Shown piece after piece: positions 1-8,190 of a stretch of DNA of 32,023 nt (the stretch's first letter is position 1; every line of letters starts with the position of its first letter). The translations under genes were made by a program, and so were the position numbers. Under the pieces are notes generated by a model. That model worked only from the letters and a program-made list of their open reading frames with translations. It made no database searches and was not told the DNA's origin. This DNA comes from Candidatus Methylomirabilota bacterium (GTDB lineage: Bacteria > Methylomirabilota > Methylomirabilia > Rokubacteriales > CSP1-6): the NCBI GenBank assembly GCA_046726415.1, contig JBKPAK010000293.1, positions 1-32,023 of the forward strand, written 5' to 3'.

Positions 1-1
1 C

Positions 2-538
2 GTCTACACCACCTGTGGCCCAGCGATCCAGGGGATGTCGGTGGGCTGGGGAGACACGTACGGACGTCAACTTGCGGGCCAGCTCGTCGACTTCACGGGC
101 AATCCAAGCGGCGACTACAAGCTGACCATCGAGATCGACCCGAAGAAGCGGCTCATCGAGACCAACGATGGGGACAACACCTCCTGTGTGCTCCTCCGCA
201 TCAACGTCACCAATTCGAGCGTCACAGTTCTTGACAACACCGGCTGCGATGGGCCCGCGACTGAGGTGATCGTGGACGCCATCGCACCCGTCACGGCCCC
301 GCGTGGCTCGGTCACCCTGGTGACCATCACGGGCTCTGGCTTCACCCAGGGCATGCAGGTCAGCTTCGAGAACGGGTCGGGACCGCGTCCCACGGCCAGC
401 AACGTCGTCGTCCAGGACGCCAACACGATCACGGCGAACGTGACGGTGAAGAGCGGAGGGGGCAAGGGTGATCGGGTCTGGGACGTGCGGGTCGGGTCGG
501 GCGTCCTGGTGGACGCGTTCACCGTGCTGCTGCCATGA
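2..538 (+). CDS. Lysyl oxidase-family protein with C-terminal IPT/TIG (Ig-like) domain, 5'-truncated by the window edge
   Basis: The frame is open from base 2 (VYTTCGPAIQGMSVGWGDTY...GQLVDFTGNPSGDYKLTIEIDP...IETNDGDN). This matches the LOX C-terminal pattern QG.SVGW.DTY...GQ.ID.T..P.G.Y.L...DP...E.N..N. It is followed by the IPT-like segment IAPVTAPRGSVTLVTITGSGF...VSF...VVVQDANTITANVTV. Confidence 0.75.
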   Translation, partial: VYTTCGPAIQGMSVGWGDTYGRQLAGQLVDFTGNPSGDYKLTIEIDPKKRLIETNDGDNTSCVLLRINVTNSSVTVLDNTGCDGPATEVIVDAIAPVTAPRGSVTLVTITGSGFTQGMQVSFENGSGPRPTASNVVVQDANTITANVTVKSGGGKGDRVWDVRVGSGVLVDAFTVLLP

Positions 539-616
539 TGGATCCGGCGATCGGCAAGCGCCGCGTTTCGGGACTCGAGGATCTTCGACACGAGCGGTGC
601 CGACCAGGGCGGGTGG

Positions 617-985
617 ACCGACAACAGCGACAACTTCGCCTCCTCGCTGTTGCGCATCGACGTCGAACGTTTCACGATCACCGTCCTCGACGGCTCGGGC
701 TGTGATATTCCCGGTGGCGGCGTGATCGTGTCCACCATCGCGCCGCCGTCGGCTCGATCCTCCCGGTCACCATCACCGGCTCCGGCTTCGCCCCGGAAAT
801 GGGCGTCAGCTTCGAGGGCGGATCGGGCCCGCCCCCCAACGGCGGGGAACGTCGTCGTCTCTCCGGACGGCACCACGATCTAGGCGACGGTCACGGTCAA
901 GAAGGGAAAGCCCGGAAAGGATCCAGTATGGGACGTGCGAGTTGGCTCAGGGCTTCTCCCCAGCGGCTTCACGGTTGTGCCATGA
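617..985 (+). pseudogene. Degenerate paralog of the 3' part of the preceding lysyl oxidase/IPT gene
   Basis: Stitched frames read TDNSDNFASSLLRIDVERFTITVLDGSGCD..VIVSTIAP / GSILPVTITGSGFAPEMGVSFEGGSGP / PTAGNVVVSPDGTTI*ATVTVKKGKPGKDPVWDVRVGSGLLPSGFTVVP*. This is collinear with 161-538 but carries two frameshifts and a TAG at 881-883. Confidence 0.85.
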
Positions 986-1803
986 CCGATCGGGCCATTG
1001 ACGAGCACGGTCGGGAGCCTGTAACGAGGGCGCACCGCGTGGTCGGGATCGTCGTGGCGGCTGTACTCCTCGTGCTGGCCGCACCGCCGCTCTCCCCGGC
1101 GCAGGCGCCGGATCTCACGACGCTACAGGGGGACGTCACGAAGCTCAAGAAGGAACTCGAGGCGACGCAGCGTGAACTCCAGGAGATCAAGGGTCTGCTG
1201 CGACAGCGCTCCGCCCCCGCCTCCGTCGAGGCGCGGACGGTCGTCCTCAGCATCGGCGATGGTCCCTCCAAGGGCGCGGCCGATGCCCGCCTGACCCTGG
1301 TGGAGTTCACCGATTACCAGTGCGCCTTCTGTGCGCGGCATCAGCGAGACACCATGCCTCGGCTACAGGAGGCGTACATCAAGACGGGGAAGTTGAAGTA
1401 CGTAGTGTGAGATTTTCCGTTGCAGTCGATCCATCCCGCCGCCGCAAAGGCGGCCGAGGCGGCGCACTGCGCCTCGGAAGGCGGGAGGTACTGGGAGATG
1501 CACGAGCGGCTCTTTGCGAACCCTCGCGCCCTGGGCTCCGACGACCTCGTGCTGCATGCCCAGGCGCTCGGCCTGGACTCCCAGGCTTTCAGACAGTGCG
1601 TCGAGAGCGGGAAGTACGCTGCTCGAGTTCGCGAGGCTCATGCCGAGGGCGAGCGCGCCGGGGTCCGAGGTACGCCGTCATTCTTCCTGGGGCTTACCGA
1701 GCCCAAGGGCGAAACGATCACCGCGGTCACCGCCATCCGGGGCGCCCAACCATTCGCCGCGTTGGAGGAGGCGATCGAGAGATTGCTCGCCGCCTCGAAG
1801 TGA
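982..1803 (+). pseudogene. DsbA/thioredoxin-fold (BdbD/Com1-like) protein interrupted by an in-frame TGA at 1408-1410
   Basis: ATG at 982, then a signal peptide and coiled coil, then GPSKGAADARLTLVEFTDYQCAFC (CxxC), KYVV*DFPLQSIHP, and GVRGTPSFFLG (cis-Pro loop). ORFs 799..1410 and 1420..1803 are in the same frame. Confidence 0.85.
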
Positions 1804-2127
1804 TCGTGGAGCGCACCGACAGGCATTGGCGAGCACGCCCCACCGAGCGTGCAACCTCGCCACGCTGGGCCTCACGTGGCAGCACTCTGCCGCGACGCGG
1901 AGGAGGGGGGACGCCCGGGCGCTGGCCGTCCGGCACCCGACCCGAACGTGCACGGCGTGTGTCAACGGTCGCCCAAGGAGAGCCACTCAGGGTCGCCCAT
2001 ATGAAGCCAGTGATTGAGGCTCCCCCCCCCCGGGCCAGATGCGACGAATGTTTTGCAATACCATTACCGCCGCCTCCGGAGCAGCCCCTAACCGAGTGCC
2101 GCACCTGGGGGCACGCATCTACGGGCG

Positions 2128-3666
2128 TCACGGCGTCGCACACGCCTCGTTTGAATAGTCCGAGTCCCCGTTGGCGCTCGAGGCGCGCACGCGATAGCAG
2201 TACGTGGTGCCCGTGGCGGGCGTCGCATCGACGTACTCGACGGCCCCGGCGCCCGTCGTCGCGATCTGCGCGTACGTCCCGGCGGCTTGGGTCTTGCGCT
2301 CAATCTTGAAGATTGCGGTCCCGGCGGCATTGTCCACCCAGGTCAGAGTGAGCCGCGCTGGCCCGCCTATGACCGTGACCGTCACCGATTTCGCCGCCGA
2401 TCCTCCTGCCCCAGCGCAGGTCAACGTGTAGGTTGCGGTGGATGCCGTCAACACAACCAACTCCCCGGAAAGCGGCTGCGCACCACTCCAGCCACCGGTG
2501 GCCGTGCAGCTAGCGGCGTTCGTGGAGGACCAGGCCAGCGTGGTCGATTGACCCGCCGCGATAGTTGTGGGCGTCGCCGTCAGGCTCACGGTGGGAACCG
2601 GGGCGGAAGTGACGGTGATCGTGACGCTCCGACTTGCCGTGCCACCCGGCCCCGTGCAGGCCAGCGAGTAAGTCGCCGTCGCTGTCAGGGGGCCGCGGAC
2701 GTCCGAGCCGCTGGTCGGCTTCGGCCCGGCCCACGTGCCCCCTTCCGCCCCCACGTTGGACGCGGTGCAACTCGTCGCGTTGGTCGACGACCACGTCAAG
2801 GTCGACGACCCCCCTGATGGCACCGTCGTCGGGTTTGCGCTCAGGCTCAGCGTGGGATCCGGCGTCGGGTTACTGCTGACGGTGATGGTGACGGCCTGAC
2901 TGGCCGTACCCCCCGGCCCGGTACAGGCCAGCGAGTAGGTCGCCGTCGCGGTGAGAGGGCCCCGTACATCGGACCCGCTGGTCGGCTTGGGCCCTGACCA
3001 AGTGCTCCCTTCGGCCCCCACGTTGGACGCCGTGCAGCTCGTCGCGTCGGTCGACGACCACGTCAAGGTCGACGACCCGCCCGGTGCTACACGCGTCGTG
3101 CTCGCGACAAGGCTCACCGTCGGCGCGGGTTGCCCCTCCGACTGGGTCAGTGTCGCATAGAGTGACCAGTGCACCTCCTCCGCAGTCGGCGACGTCGAGA
3201 ACGTCGTCGGCATCGCACCGAAGGTGCGGCTGTAGTATCGCGCACTGCCGGTCGACTCCTTGCGGAAGGCCAGCGTGTTGCCGGACGGGAAGTAGGCTAA
3301 CCAATAGGTTCCTGCCGCCAACAACACCGGCGTGGTCACCGAGCGCGTGTTCCACCCGACGACGGGATTGAAGGCGGCGGTCTCGCCTTTCTTGATCCCC
3401 GGCCCTCCGTCGGGACCACTGGCGTCATAAATCCCGAGGCGCAGTTGCCCCGCGCTCCTCGTCACATAAAAGGAGAAGCTCTGGAGGGTCGCCGCCTGAG
3501 CGAGCGTGGCCTGCTGAGCGAGGAGCAGATTTCTTTTGCCGTTGTCGCCGCTGTTCAGGATCGCCGTCTCGCCCATCGTGATCGCCGTCTGGGCAAACGA
3601 GAGGGGCACGAAGAGAAGCACGAAAGCCACTGTGGTCAGTATCTGGACAATCGAACGCTCTCGCAT
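2128..3666 (-). CDS. Secreted Ser/Thr-rich protein: N-terminal beta domain, three Ig/PKD-like repeats and a C-terminal fibronectin type III domain (512 aa)
   Basis: ATG at 3666 follows a GGAG-like SD, and the signal peptide ends SFA|Q. Repeats follow the pattern PTVSL.A..T.V..GGSSTLTWSST.ATSCTAS...TATYSLACTGPGGTAS..VTITV. The FN3 domain reads LTWVDN...FKIERK...YVD...GTTYCYRVRA..NGDSDYSNEAC. Confidence 0.85.
   Translation of the reverse strand: MRERSIVQILTTVAFVLLFVPLSFAQTAITMGETAILNSGDNGKRNLLLAQQATLAQAATLQSFSFYVTRSAGQLRLGIYDASGPDGGPGIKKGETAAFNPVVGWNTRSVTTPVLLAAGTYWLAYFPSGNTLAFRKESTGSARYYSRTFGAMPTTFSTSPTAEEVHWSLYATLTQSEGQPAPTVSLVASTTRVAPGGSSTLTWSSTDATSCTASNVGAEGSTWSGPKPTSGSDVRGPLTATATYSLACTGPGGTASQAVTITVSSNPTPDPTLSLSANPTTVPSGGSSTLTWSSTNATSCTASNVGAEGGTWAGPKPTSGSDVRGPLTATATYSLACTGPGGTASRSVTITVTSAPVPTVSLTATPTTIAAGQSTTLAWSSTNAASCTATGGWSGAQPLSGELVVLTASTATYTLTCAGAGGSAAKSVTVTVIGGPARLTLTWVDNAAGTAIFKIERKTQAAGTYAQIATTGAGAVEYVDATPATGTTYCYRVRASSANGDSDYSNEACATP
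2610..3125 (-). repeat. Intragenic tandem duplication with a 267-bp (89-aa) period
   Basis: cacgttggacgc occurs at 2752 and 3019 (offset 267), and the two translated units are nearly identical. Confidence 0.9.
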
Positions 3667-3824
3667 GACTCCCTCTCTCCTACGTGCCGGCACCCTCCAC
3701 GGTTATCCTTGACCCCCGCCTCCGAACGCCGATCGCTTCCGTCCGGCGGGCCGGTCTTCCGCCTCAGCGGAGCAGCTCGACGGACGTCGGCTGGCCGGAC
3801 ATACACTTGGACACTCGGGAAGGA

Positions 3825-4010
3825 GTGCGCGCGCACCTCTGGGGTGAACCATCGGGCGAGAAACCGCCCGCCGACGTTGGGAGAGCGATAGATCCAGAGG
3901 AACTGAAACGCTTTCTGCAGCAGATATCCGCACTCGGCCGGAAGATTGCCCGCTAGGAGCGAGGTCAGTCGGGAGGTTCTGAGGATGCGCGCGCAGCAGC
4001 CGATGGGGGT
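3825..4010 (-). mobile_element. ISL3-family transposase remnant (frameshifted internal fragment)
   Basis: HRLLRAHPQNL in one frame is followed by RLTSLLAGNLPAECGYLLQKAFQFLWIYRSPNVGGRFLARW in another. This resembles the ISL3 segment RW.LLK.PENL...L.ELL..NL...RAYLLKE.FQ.FW.Y.SP.WAG.FL..W. No terminal inverted repeats were found. Confidence 0.65.
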
Positions 4011-4154
4011 GGTGGCCCAGCGCGGGGCCGACATGCCACCCTGCGCCGTGATCGTGCGCGGCGCATAGCGACCCCGCGCCATTGGTTAGTCGTACGGTAC
4101 TCCACATCATTGACTGGTAAATCGTCGGTTCCTACCCAAATCCGGACACCAACA

Positions 4155-4225
4155 GCAAGAAATATGTCAAATGGGCAAGGCTAGCTGGGCCTGGTCCCGT
4201 GAAGAACTTGAAAAACAGGCAGTTA
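4155..4225 (-). promoter_or_regulatory. Candidate promoter (degenerate sigma-54 box or sigma-70 -35) with IHF-like site
   Basis: Minus strand reads TGACATATTTCTTGC at 4155-4169: the -12 TTGC is intact, the -24 GG reads GA, and with 4170 it forms TTGACA. AAACAGGCAGTTA at 4213-4225 has one mismatch to IHF WATCARNNNNTTR. Both lie in an AT-rich patch. Confidence 0.3.
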
Positions 4226-4995
4226 GGCCGCATCGAGGCGCATCTCGTCGGCGTTCTACATGACCTCCCTGCAGCGTCTTGATCGGCAGGCGTCGCCCTC
4301 GAAGACGGCGGGTGCGATGAGACTCGCGAGAATGATCGCTGGGAGCGCGATGTCACCCGGGCGCTACTGTCTACTGCCGGCGGCGTCGCCCCGGGGACCG
4401 CTGGCGCCGCCCCACCCGGACTATTTGGTTAGACGCTGCGGGCTCTGCCAAGCGTGTCGTGGTCAGCAGCGTGCCGGCTGTCGATCGGGCAGATCGCACC
4501 AACCGCGGACAGCAGCTGTCGTCAGCATCTCTAGGGGCGGTCACGCTGCCGTCGAAGTGGAGCAGTTCGCCAAGCACGGCTGCGGCGCCGGCGCGGGCGG
4601 CCCTTGGCCAGAGCTCCATCCCCCGTAGGGCCAACTTGACCAGCGTGTACGAGAAGGTGGCCGAGGTTCGCGGCAGACGATCTGGCAGAAGTACCCCACA
4701 TCGAACCCGGCCTAGCGCTCCCGATATAGCCGGAAGATCCGCTGCGCTCCCGCACCGGCACCCGGCCCGGTGAGGGGAATCCACCGGGGGCGATCGAGCA
4801 GGCCCTCATAGCCATAGTGCTCGTAGCGCCACCGCACGCAGGCAATGGTGCGCGCTCCCCGCGACCACCCGGGGCCCCGCTGGGAGCGGTCAAGTCATTT
4901 CATGTGAGAACGGTCGATCATGCGCTCCGACAGCGCCCGGTTCGCGCTTGACGACTGCTTCGCCGGCGCTGTATGAAACCGAGCGAATGGGTCAG

Positions 4996-5226
4996 ATCTC
5001 GGCGTGGCGCCATCTCTTCTCGCGCGCGGGATACCGCTTCGTCACGATCGACAGCAACGGGATCAACGCGTTCTTCATCGATCCTGCCGCCTTCCCGACC
5101 GCTTTTGTCGAGGACCTGCGGGGTGCCGCGTACAGGCCCAACACGTCGCACACGCGCGAGTATGGCCTCGACTGGCGCCGGCAACTGGAGCGCCTCGAGG
5201 CTCGTGAGCTGGTCGAGGTGAAGTAG
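4996..5226 (+). pseudogene. 3' fragment of an FkbM-like methyltransferase-fold protein typical of glycosylation clusters
   Basis: ISAWRHLFSRAGYRFVTIDSNGINAFFIDP resembles the C-terminal motif ..GY.LV..D..GVNAFFV. Codon usage is gene-like up to TAG 5226, and the N-terminal part is absent. Confidence 0.5.
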
Positions 5227-5738
5227 CGTCGGACGCCTCAACGATCGCGTCCTGGTGATCCGGTTCCTGCACGCCTTCGCCAGCCTCGAGCCCCTCGTCG
5301 TCGGGCTACGCCGATACCTTGCGAGCTCGAGCTGCGCCACCGCACCCTGAACTTCGCATCCACGATCGACCTGTCGGCCTTGTCGGGCTTGTCGGGCTTG
5401 CCCATCGGGGTCGAGGTGCTTTCCGCGCCGCGCTGTTCCTCGATCTGAGGGTGTTCTACTCCGTGCTGTCGATGACGCGCCCCTACTCGCTCCACCTCAC
5501 CACCCGCCCTCTTGCCGCGTGACCTGATCAACCCATGGCGATAGCGCCCTGTGGAACATCGACTGGCCCGAAGAGTGTCTGCCCGACGTTGATCGGGGTG
5601 TTGAACCCTTCGCCGACGCCTGGAGGATTGTCGATGGCCCCTTTCGATACCCCGGCGCCGGACATGCCACCATCGCGACAAGCGACTCGACGTCGCTGCA
5701 GGCGCTGTTGAAGGAGGACGAGCAGCGCAGACGGGCGG

Positions 5739-5873
5739 AACCTCGACCCGTTCGTGATGATGCGTGTCGCCATCCCGTCAGCGACCGCGATCACCTTGGG
5801 ATTTCAGATGGCGTTCGCCGCCCTTTTCATGAGCCTCGCCAAGTGGCACGCCCGGACACGCGCGTTCTGGTAA
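5739..5873 (+). pseudogene. 3' fragment resembling the membrane C-terminus of a GT2 (DPM1-like) glycosyltransferase
   Basis: NLDPFVMMRVAIPSATAITLGFQMAFAALFMSLAKW...* resembles the GT2 tail L.P...MR..IPS.T...LG.Q..F..F..S. It is not in the ORF track and has no upstream body. Confidence 0.45.
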
Positions 5874-6079
5874 GTCCTGTCGCCCGTTCCCGGCTGAAAT
5901 CGCCGCGCGAGAGCGAGGGGGACAACGTGAGGGGCGGAGGAACAGCATACCGCGGCTAGACCGCGTGAGTGCCCTCACTTCAAGTCGAAGTTTCTCGACA
6001 TGGCTGGGCTCGGCCCGCGACTAGATTCGCGGCCACGACTGTGATTGACAGATCCCTCCTTCGACGTCGCCCCACGGGG

Positions 6080-6913
6080 TCAACGAGTTCCACACGCCTC
6101 GTTGGAGTAGTCCGAGTCTCCGTTGGCGTTCGAGGCGCGCACGCGGTAGCAATAGGTGGTGCCTGTGGCGGTCGTAGCGTCCACGTAGCCGATCGCTCCG
6201 GGACCCGTCGTCGCGATCTGCGCATACGTCCCCGACACTCCCGTCTTGCGCTCGATCTTGAAGAGGGCAGTCCCGCCCGCGTTATCGACCCAACTCAGCG
6301 TGAGCTGCGCCGGTCCGCCGGTCACCGTGACGGTCACGGACCTCGCCGTCGATCCCCCCGCCCCCGTGCAGGTCAGCGTGTAGGTTGCCGTCGATGCGGT
6401 CAATACGATTAACTCACCCGTCAGCGGCTGCGCGCCACTCCACCCACCGCTGGCCGTGCAGCTCGTGGCGTTCGTGGAGGACCACGCCAGCGTTGTCGAC
6501 TGGCCCGCATTGATCGTCGCCGGGGTCGCCGTCAGGCTCACCGTGGGAGCCGAGGGACTCTCCGTGAGGGTGATACCCCCCGTGACGGTGATGGTGACGG
6601 ACTGACTCGCCGTGCCCCCTGGTCCCGTACAGGCCAGCGAGTAGGTCGCCGTCGCGGTGAGGGGGCCTCGTACTTCGGCCCAGTTGATCGGCTTGGGCCC
6701 TGACCACGTGCTCCCTTCGGCCCCCACGTTGGACGCCGTACAGCTCGTCGCGTTGGTCGACCACCAGGTGAGCGTCGACGACCCTCCCGGCTGTACGGTC
6801 GTCGGGGTCGCGATCAGGTTCACCGTGACCGTCGGTTGTGCAAACGCCGAGGGGGCGAGTATCAGCACGAAGGCCAATGCGGTCATGGTCTGCACGATCG
6901 AACGTGTCTGCAT
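6080..6913 (-). CDS. Secreted Ig/PKD-like-repeat and FN3 protein, shorter paralog of 2128-3666 (277 aa)
   Basis: ATG at 6913 follows GGAG. The signal peptide MQTRSIVQTMTALAFVLILAPSAFA|Q is homologous to the paralog's. It has two repeats and the same FN3 tail (YCYRVRASNANGDSDYSNEAC). Confidence 0.85.
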   Translation of the reverse strand: MQTRSIVQTMTALAFVLILAPSAFAQPTVTVNLIATPTTVQPGGSSTLTWWSTNATSCTASNVGAEGSTWSGPKPINWAEVRGPLTATATYSLACTGPGGTASQSVTITVTGGITLTESPSAPTVSLTATPATINAGQSTTLAWSSTNATSCTASGGWSGAQPLTGELIVLTASTATYTLTCTGAGGSTARSVTVTVTGGPAQLTLSWVDNAGGTALFKIERKTGVSGTYAQIATTGPGAIGYVDATTATGTTYCYRVRASNANGDSDYSNEACGTR

Positions 6914-7536
6914 TGATTCCACTCTCCTCCGTGGCACCGCCCTACGCGCTTGTCCTCGACCCAACTGGACGCCGATTGCGCCCGTCAGTGCGCCGACCCC
7001 CGCGGGTAGCGGGTATCTCAGGATCCCGACGCCCCACGCGGCCGAGAGTCCGGAATCCTCAGCGGGGCAACTCGACGACCTCCGCCTCCTGCAATTTCTG
7101 GGAAGAAGCGCGCGGGAGTGCCAAACACCCGCTTGGCCAGCTCACCTGTTCACGATGACCGATCTACGTGTCCACCTCCCTGCCCCGTCGAAAAGCTCGC
7201 CGAGTGGTGTGATAGAGCGCGAGTTCGATGGGCAAGTGAGGAACTCGGAGCTCTTCAGGGCGAGCTCCCCGCGGTTGTGTTCCGCCTGGATCTGAACCAG
7301 TCGAGGAACAGGCCCAGTGACGGCGCAGCACCTGGGAGCGTTCGGTAATGGCGCAACGCTGGCGTGGGGAGCAGCCAGCGTTGGTGACTCAGCATGAGAG
7401 GGTCCGTGCCGGCTGTGATCATGTCTGTCGTATTGCCATTTCCTGCCCGCTCAGCAGACTGGTTGGTCGCACGACGATGCCCCATCACGGCCTGGCGTTG
7501 TAGTCGGTACGCGGTCACAAGTCCGAGGGCGGGCAG

Positions 7537-7604
7537 GCCAAAAACGTGCCAACGGCAGACGATGAACCCGTCATTCTAATGATCTCAAAAAATACAGTTG
7601 GTTA
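7537..7604 (-). promoter_or_regulatory. Candidate sigma-54 promoter with upstream IHF-like site
   Basis: Minus strand reads TGGCACG-TTTT-TGGC at 7537-7551, with GG and GC correctly spaced. ATACAGTTGGTTA at 7592-7604 has two mismatches to the IHF consensus and sits next to an A-tract. Confidence 0.45.
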
Positions 7605-7841
7605 GATCGGAACTGCCGTGGCGAACTTGCGAGGCAGCCTCGGAGGTAGGGCCGCAGAGTGTCACCCTGCCGCCAACGGACATAACGCAATGACACCGGC
7701 TGGATCGATCTGAAACACCGTAGAACCGGCGAGGACGGCGCGACTGGCCGACGTCCGCGAGTCTCGGCTCGCCAACCGAATGCCCTGCCCGCTAGAATGA
7801 TGGCCCGGGTGTCGGAGAGGTACCCTCCAGGGAGGTGTCGA

Positions 7842-8129
7842 GTGACGAAGCGCCTGGTGGTTCTCGCGCTGATTGCCCTTGCGGCAGGCGGCTGCGCCTA
7901 CATGCGGTTCGAGCGTCCGCCCTCACAGGAGTTGGTCAAGTGCGGGGTCATCCAGATCCCCTTCTGGTATTTAGGGGACGCGGCGCAAGACGTGGTGTAT
8001 CGCGAGGAGTATTGCATCAAGCAGCGCGAGGCGCAGGAGTACCGTCCCACCCTGCCCGAGCCGTATTTCTTCTTCATCAGCTCGGGCAGCCTCTACACCG
8101 GCGAGCCCACCTACACTAAGATGCAATGA
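7842..8129 (+). CDS. Small predicted lipoprotein of unknown function (95 aa)
   Basis: GTG start after a GGAGGTG SD; MTKRLVVLALIALAAGGC contains a lipobox; a TAGAAT -10-like hexamer lies at 7793-7798. Confidence 0.7.
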   Translation: MTKRLVVLALIALAAGGCAYMRFERPPSQELVKCGVIQIPFWYLGDAAQDVVYREEYCIKQREAQEYRPTLPEPYFFFISSGSLYTGEPTYTKMQ

Positions 8130-8130
8130 G

Positions 8131-8172
8131 CCCTGACGCGGCTGCCCCGCGAGGTGGGCGGGCCGCGTAGGG
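8131..8172. terminator. GC-rich imperfect hairpin between convergent genes (possible bidirectional terminator)
   Basis: ccctgacgcggctgccc ... gggcgggccgcgtaggg forms an inverted repeat, with no U-tract on either side. Confidence 0.45.
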
Positions 8173-8190
8173 TGTCCGCGCGTCGCGGCG

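Noticed and set aside
881..1410. Alternative genetic code suggested by the in-frame TAG and TGA
   Set aside because: TGA and TAG terminate many conserved genes at their expected ends (yidC, atpA, rpmH, atpD), so the standard code applies.
2022..2031. C10 homopolymer as a phase-variation tract
   Set aside because: It lies between convergent gene ends and not in a CDS or evident promoter.
5372..5400. 9-bp microrepeat (tgtcgggct, about 3 copies)
   Set aside because: It is short, lies in decayed sequence and has no supportable function.
2128..6420. Diversity-generating retroelement (TR/VR) interpretation of the two similar FN3 3' ends
   Set aside because: Differences are mostly synonymous and not adenine-specific, both copies are intact genes, and no reverse transcriptase is present.
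6970..7530. Short ORFs upstream of the second secreted-protein gene (7118-7348, 7255-7518, 7394-7579)
   Set aside because: They have no recognisable motifs, SD sequences or gene-like codon bias, so they may be leader or relic DNA.
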